A DNA stretch of 63,810 nucleotides, the filler included, from Collodictyon triciliatum (lineage: Eukaryota): the NCBI GenBank assembly GCA_043381765.1. It is 3 parts of 3 records of this genome, joined end to end, with 100 filler letters (N's around TTAATTAATTAA, not from the genome) between each part and the next. Parts side by side here need not be neighbours in the genome. Positions count along the whole stretch, not along the records: positions 47,383 to 63,810 come from JBHJMP010001121.1; 2 more parts are not named here. The stretch is one strand, 5' to 3'. Under the pieces are notes generated by a model that was not told where the DNA came from, did no database searches, and worked only from the letters and a program-made list of their open reading frames with translations. Each line of letters starts with the position of its first letter. The stretch's first letter is position 1. Positions 58,624 through 63,810 of the stretch are shown here, one piece after another. Both the position numbers and the translations under genes were made by a program.

Positions 58624-59559
58624 CCTCAGCCAAGTATCCAGTGAGGGTGACGGTGTCAGCACCTTCAACCGTGAATTTCTGTCGGACGAAGCGAAAAGTT
58701 TTGCATGAGTTTCTATCTCAAAAGCGATTTTACAGAAGCAGAAAAAGCAGAAAAGGAGAAAAAAAGGAGAAAAAAAGGAGAAAAAAAGGAGAAAAAAAGG
58801 AGAAAAAAAGGAGAAAAAAAAGGAGAAAAAAAGGAGAAAAAAAGGAGAAAAAAAGGAGAAAAAAAGGAGAAAAAAAGGAGAAAAAGGAGAAAAAAGGAGA
58901 AAAAAAGGAGAAAAAAAGGAGAAAAAAAGGAGAAAAAAGGAGAAAAAGGAGAATAAAGGAGAATAAAGGAGAATAAAGGAGAATAAAGGAGAATAAAGGA
59001 GAATAAAGGAGAATAAAGGAGAATAAAGGAGAATAAAGGAGAAAAAAGGAGAGCAAGAACAAAAGGTGGTCAGTAGAGGAACAACACGCACCAACTCAAG
59101 GTCCGGTGTAAAGACATGGTCGAGTGGGACATTGTCGATGCGGCCGGCGTCCAACACAGCCAATGCAATCTTCTTTCCTTCGACAACAACGTAGACAACT
59201 GTGCGGCCGCCTTTGCTGCTGCCTCCGACAGTGGCCTGTGCACAGCTTCTTTAGTCTTTCACAAGGGCTTTTGCTTTGTGTAGAAACGGGTGGAGAAAGA
59301 AGGAGAAGAAAGAATGCGGCTCCGAACCTGAGAGACGTGGAGAACACGCTCGAGAAGAACCTCAGATTCTTTGCCGGCTTGGATTTCGATTCCTTTGGTG
59401 ACATTGAAGTATCGTTGGTGCAAAGCATGTGAAATAATAGTGCAAAAGACTTTCTTTTTTTCTTTTTTTTTTTTTTGTGAAGTGACTTTAACAGAATATG
59501 CCGGCATAAGGCAAGGTGAATGTTGTGTGCGGTGGGTATGAAAGGGCGTGAGTCGCCGA

Positions 59560-59616
<57 letters not shown>

Positions 59617-59690
59617 TAAAAATAATAATAATAATAGTAATAATAGTAATAATAATAATAATAGGAAGGGGCCAAACCCCAGAAGGACAT
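58624..59690 (-). CDS. Nucleoplasmin-like (NPL) domain protein (HD2/FKBP-type histone chaperone N-terminus); exons 59690-59678, 59392-59328, 59235-59092, 58678-58624; continues toward the gap
   Basis: Spliced MSFWGIEIQAGKESEVLLERVLHVSQATVG...TVVYVVVEGKKIALAVLDAGRIDNVPLDHVFTPDLELKFTVEGADTVTLTGYL shows the NPL pattern (FWG, LHxSQA, LDxVF, VxLxGY). Confidence 0.85.
58741..59050. repeat. (A-rich GGAG)n and (GGAGAATAAA)n tandem repeat in an intron of the NPL gene
   Basis: Direct observation. Confidence 0.9.
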
Positions 59691-60409
59691 GCTGCACAGG
59701 CGATGAGTTGCGCGTTGGCTTGAAAACAACAATGGTAGAGGTCAGTAAATGTGCTTCTTCAACTGGCTCCTTTTCACGGCAAGAACGCTGCTTTCTGCTT
59801 CATCTTCCTGGTTCGTTCCTCTCGCGATTACGCATTCTTGTTGGCACTTTTTCAAGATTTTCGCTTACTTTTTTCTTATTTTTTTTTATTTTTGGTTTTT
59901 TGATTGTGGCTTTGTCTTTGTGGGTGTTTGTTGCTGTGGTTGATTGGTTTGTTGCTTTGGGAATGGGCTGCAACCCAGGCAGACCACACTTCAATATGTA
60001 TGCGGAATTTATGTATATATAATGATTATTCTCATAATCAACCATCTTTTACTTTTTCCAGTATTAAAAAAATATTATTAATAGAATATGTATATAATAT
60101 GTGGATATAGAATACACCGCACTTACCGACGCGGCCAGTTGACGTTTCTTTACAAGTTATATACAAGTCCCGGCCTTACCCTTAACAAGCGCACACAACT
60201 TTAAAGCCTTAGGATGCAGGATAAGATTCAGACGCCTCAAAGGAGACATGCAACTAACACTGGATTTCCTTTCCTCTTCATTTGGTCGTTTCTTTGCTTC
60301 TTTGTTCCTTTGTTTCTTTGTTTCTTTGCCTCTTTGCTTCTATGCTTCTTTGTTCCTTTGTTTCTTTGCTTCTTTGTTTCTTTGTTTCTTTCTCTTTTTC
60401 CGTCTTCAG

Positions 60410-63173
60410 ATGTCCCTCCAGAGTCGCCTGCCAATGTTCCCGCTGCTCAAGCAGCTGATCGACATCCAATCGATCTCCGGGGCAGAGAAAGGGATGGCCG
60501 ATTTCCTTCAGGTCTTTTTCCCGATCTTTTTCTTCTCAAAACCGTCTTTTTGGCAATATGGACAATAATACTATGTTATTTTTTCTTGATTCCTCCCCCT
60601 TTTTTTTTGTACCCGCGGAGTTGACGCAGGAGTGCATAGTTTATCATAATCGATTCACATGATACCAGAAGTGACTTGTTTTTGTTACTTCCTCTGATGA
60701 AAGGATAAATGTGAAGTGAATGAAGCACAAAGAAAAAAAATATCCGTCCTGCTCTTGGCTAAAGACGAATAATTTCCATATTGCCACCATCACGGGCCAA
60801 GTCTAAATCCTCTCACCCTACACAAATTGAAAAGAATTATTGCATGAAAATGATTGTGATACCGATTAATATTGTGATGTATTCTTACCACCTGAATATT
60901 CGCCTCCGTGAAGGACTACCTTGCGAAGCGTGGCTGGACAGTGGAGCGCCAGAACGTTGTAGGAGACCGCGACAACATTTATGCATACCGGGGCAAAGAG
61001 CGAGCAACAAAAGTGCTGATGAGCACACACATCGACACTGTTCCGCCCTTCATCGCCTCAGGAGAGGATGAGGAAAAAGTACTTTTGCCAGTCAACACAG
61101 CCGATTATTCCTATTTATACTCTGCAAATGCGTCCGTGTTTGATTTAATTCAATATGAGAATAGATTACAGGGAGGGGTGCCTGCGATGCAAAGGGGAAT
61201 CTCGTGGCCCAGCTCTTTGCGGCTCAAGAGTTGCTTGAAGAAGGGAAGATTCAAGAGGGAGATGTTGGGTTTGTAAGATGTGCCGATTGAATGATGGAAC
61301 GAGTAACTAAATCAAATTATCCCTCAAAAATAAGGTTGTTGTATGTCGTCGGTGAGGAGGTCGATGCAGTTGGCATGAAGAAGGCGAATGAGGTATTTGA
61401 ACTCTTCGTATATTAAATAAGGGGTGGAAAGTCTATTTGTGTCGGACTTTATTCCCTGATTACAATTGAAATCATATGTCGCAATATCGCCACGATTCCA
61501 TCCACCTCTATCTCTATCTCTATCTCTATCTCTATCTCTATCTCTATCTCTATCTCTATCTCTATCTCTATCTCTATCTCTATCTCTATCTCTATCTCTA
61601 TCTCTATCTCTATTTCTATCTCTATCTCTATCTCTATCTCTATCTCTAAATCTAAATCTAAATCTAAATCTAAATCTAAATCTAAATCTAAATCTAAATC
61701 TAAATCTAAATCTAAATCTAAATCTAAATCTAAATCTAAATCTAAATCTCCTTCCAGCTTGGATTGAAGCCTGCATTTCTAATCAACGGAGAACCTACGG
61801 AATCCAAAGTAGCCACAGGGCATAAGGTAGTTTACTTTCATTCATTTGAATAGTGAGAAATCCAAAGCGAAAAATGTGCCACTACACTTTTTTTTTTTTT
61901 TGGTTAAAGCATGATGTTTATTTTCTCACATCTTCCCAAGCTTTACATTTCCTGTTTAATTTATTATTTAAATCTTAACCTGAGCTTATGACGAGGGAAA
62001 TATGTCCATCGTTCAGGAGAACCACATGTATCTTGACCTTGGTCTAACACCTCCACGTTACCAGGGTATTGTCGCATTCAAACTCGAGACCTTCGGTTCT
62101 GCAGCGCATTCGGGATATCCAAGGCTCGGTGTCTCTGCTCTCGACCCGATGATTGAAATCTTACATGACATGTTGCATCAGGTCACAACTCTCCCAGAAT
62201 AATGTCTTTCCTTGTATTTAAGTATTAAGTTGTAAAATATCTTCCTACGCATCAATTTTCATTTTCATTTTTATTATTTTATTGATTCTTTATCTCTCCT
62301 ATCAACAAAAGAAAAACTGGTGTCAAAGTTAAAATGTATGGCTATGAACGTGCATCATTATTAGTTCGAATAAAGGAAAAAAAAAAAAACGTGCATCATT
62401 ATTAGTAATTACCTTGTATTATATATTTTCCCAATAAAAAGGGAAAATATTCACTTATATCTCATTTGGACAGGAGTGGCCCACGGATGCGACGCTCGGG
62501 CCAACAACACTCAATATAGGACACATCAATGGCGGTGTTGCCGTCAACGTCATCCCTGCGAGCGGACTCGCCACGGGTTCTGTTCGTATTGTCTCCAACT
62601 ACAAGGAAATCTGCCAGAAACTGGAGCAGATTGTGGGGGAGAGGTGAGCAGCACATCCTACACCACTCCCACCAAAGAGAACATTAGAATCGCAGCGAGC
62701 ATAATGCCAAGCACACACACATACACAGCGACTGCATTGCATAAGAGGGATGCAAAAGACATCCACATCTTGCATCTTTGTCGAACTGCAATGCCGCCCA
62801 ATGTTGTTCTAAACGCGCGCTTGTTATTTCAGAGCAACCATCACATACTCGTCTCTCAGCGACCCCGTGCGGTGCGAATCCGTGCCCGGATTTGATTGCG
62901 AGCCTGTCGCCTTCGGCACAGACATCCCGCACTTTCGCTTTGACGGGAAGGTGAACAGCATTTCCCTATTCTCTCGAGATTCAGTACTCAGAGTCTGAGC
63001 ACAGAGGAGGTTAGAAAAACCCACAGTCTAAACCGGAAATGCAGGTCATCCTCTTTGGACCGGGCTCCATCCATGTGGCGCACACTAGCCGCGAGTTCAT
63101 CAACAAGGCTGAGCTCGTTGCTGGCGTCGATGCGCTGAAGACGCTGGTTGGATACGCCCTCTCCAACTCGTAA
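60410..63173 (+). CDS. Peptidase M20 family (ArgE/DapE-like deacylase), ~9 exons
   Basis: [53 protein letters not shown] and [10 protein letters not shown]; stop TAA at 63171-63173. Confidence 0.93.
61507..61748. repeat. Compound (TCTATC)n-(TCTAAA)n microsatellite in an M20 peptidase intron
   Basis: Direct observation. Confidence 0.95.
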
Positions 63174-63348
63174 GTGCACACGCTCATAAACCCGCACGCC
63201 TTTTAAAAAAAAAGACAAACAAACAAGCGGAAAGATACCCATGGGAATGTACGGGACTGCAAGAGGCGGCGGGGTTTGTTCATTGTATGGGAGAGTGCAC
63301 GAGACAAAAGACACAAACAGTGGAAATAGAAGAAAAAANNNNNNNNNN

Positions 63349-63418
<70 letters not shown>

Positions 63419-63506
63419 CAAAAGAGAAAATAATGGAAGAGAAATGAAAACAAGGGAGGTTAACTGGGCGCAGTTAAGTGTGCCCTTCATCATTCTCGCC
63501 ACATAG

Positions 63507-63643
63507 TTACGATGTCTTCGCTTTGGTCTTGCGGATTCCGTAGTAGTAGACAGCCCACAGACTCAGGAGGGCAACAAAGCCTGTCCAGGACCATACAACA
63601 ATCGGCGGGTGCTCCATGGGGAACATTCCTTGCGAGTACTTGA
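63507..63643 (-). CDS. Last exon of a small single-TM protein (partial; upstream exons outside the window)
   Basis: CAG acceptor, then KYSQGMFPMEHPPIVVWSWTGFVALLSLWAVYYYGIRKTKAKTS*; GC-rich codon usage like the highly expressed genes here. Confidence 0.5.
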
Positions 63644-63727
63644 CTGTGCTCAGACGGCGACGGATTAGAACAGTGATTTGATTATTGTGTGGTGTGGTGA
63701 AAAGGGTCTGCGATTGCAAGTGAAAAA

Positions 63728-63770
<43 letters not shown>

Positions 63771-63810
63771 ACAAAAACACAAAAACAAAAAAAAAACAAA
63801 TCAAACAAAC

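Noticed and set aside
58611-58976. Lys/Glu/Arg-rich ORFs, and RD/RF or SL/NL dipeptide ORFs at 61324-61825
   Set aside because: Intronic tandem repeats of the NPL and M20 genes, not coding sequence.
61645-61748. (TTTAGA)n on the minus strand as an interstitial telomeric repeat
   Set aside because: It derives from the adjacent (TCTATC)n microsatellite, lacks a G-run, and lies within an intron.

Overview
Eukaryotic, AT-rich, intron-dense genomic DNA (GT-AG introns often filled with microsatellites, standard genetic code), most likely from a protist; the organism cannot be identified from the sequence alone. The window joins three separate contigs through artificial 100-nt spacers (N44-TTAATTAATTAA-N44 at 23657-23756 and 47283-47382), so synteny across those joins is meaningless. 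Contig 1 carries ZNF706-like, IDI1, a large NACHT-TPR-pentapeptide-WD40-SEL1 gene and a paralog 16 kb away, a VASt-PX-ankyrin-WDR13-like fusion gene, a DUF2270 membrane protein and a LINE RT relic. Contig 2 carries GAR1, an XK-related membrane protein, a multi-TM two-domain nucleotidyl pseudocyclase, a pseudokinase-SEL1 giant with a 7.8-kb exon, and a divergent group II chaperonin. Contig 3 carries two coiled-coil genes, PRP38(B-like), a nucleoplasmin-like domain gene, an M20 peptidase and the end of a small membrane protein gene. The most interesting element is the NLR-like (STAND) gene pair. Its TPRs are encoded one per 126-nt phase-2 exon. A ~98%-identical patch shared by the paralogs ends abruptly inside an intron. 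The intronless C-terminal WD40/SEL1 cassettes are diverged and differ in repeat number. Together this suggests a modular, diversifying intracellular receptor system. All exon models and domain calls come from manual translation and motif recall, not database searches.
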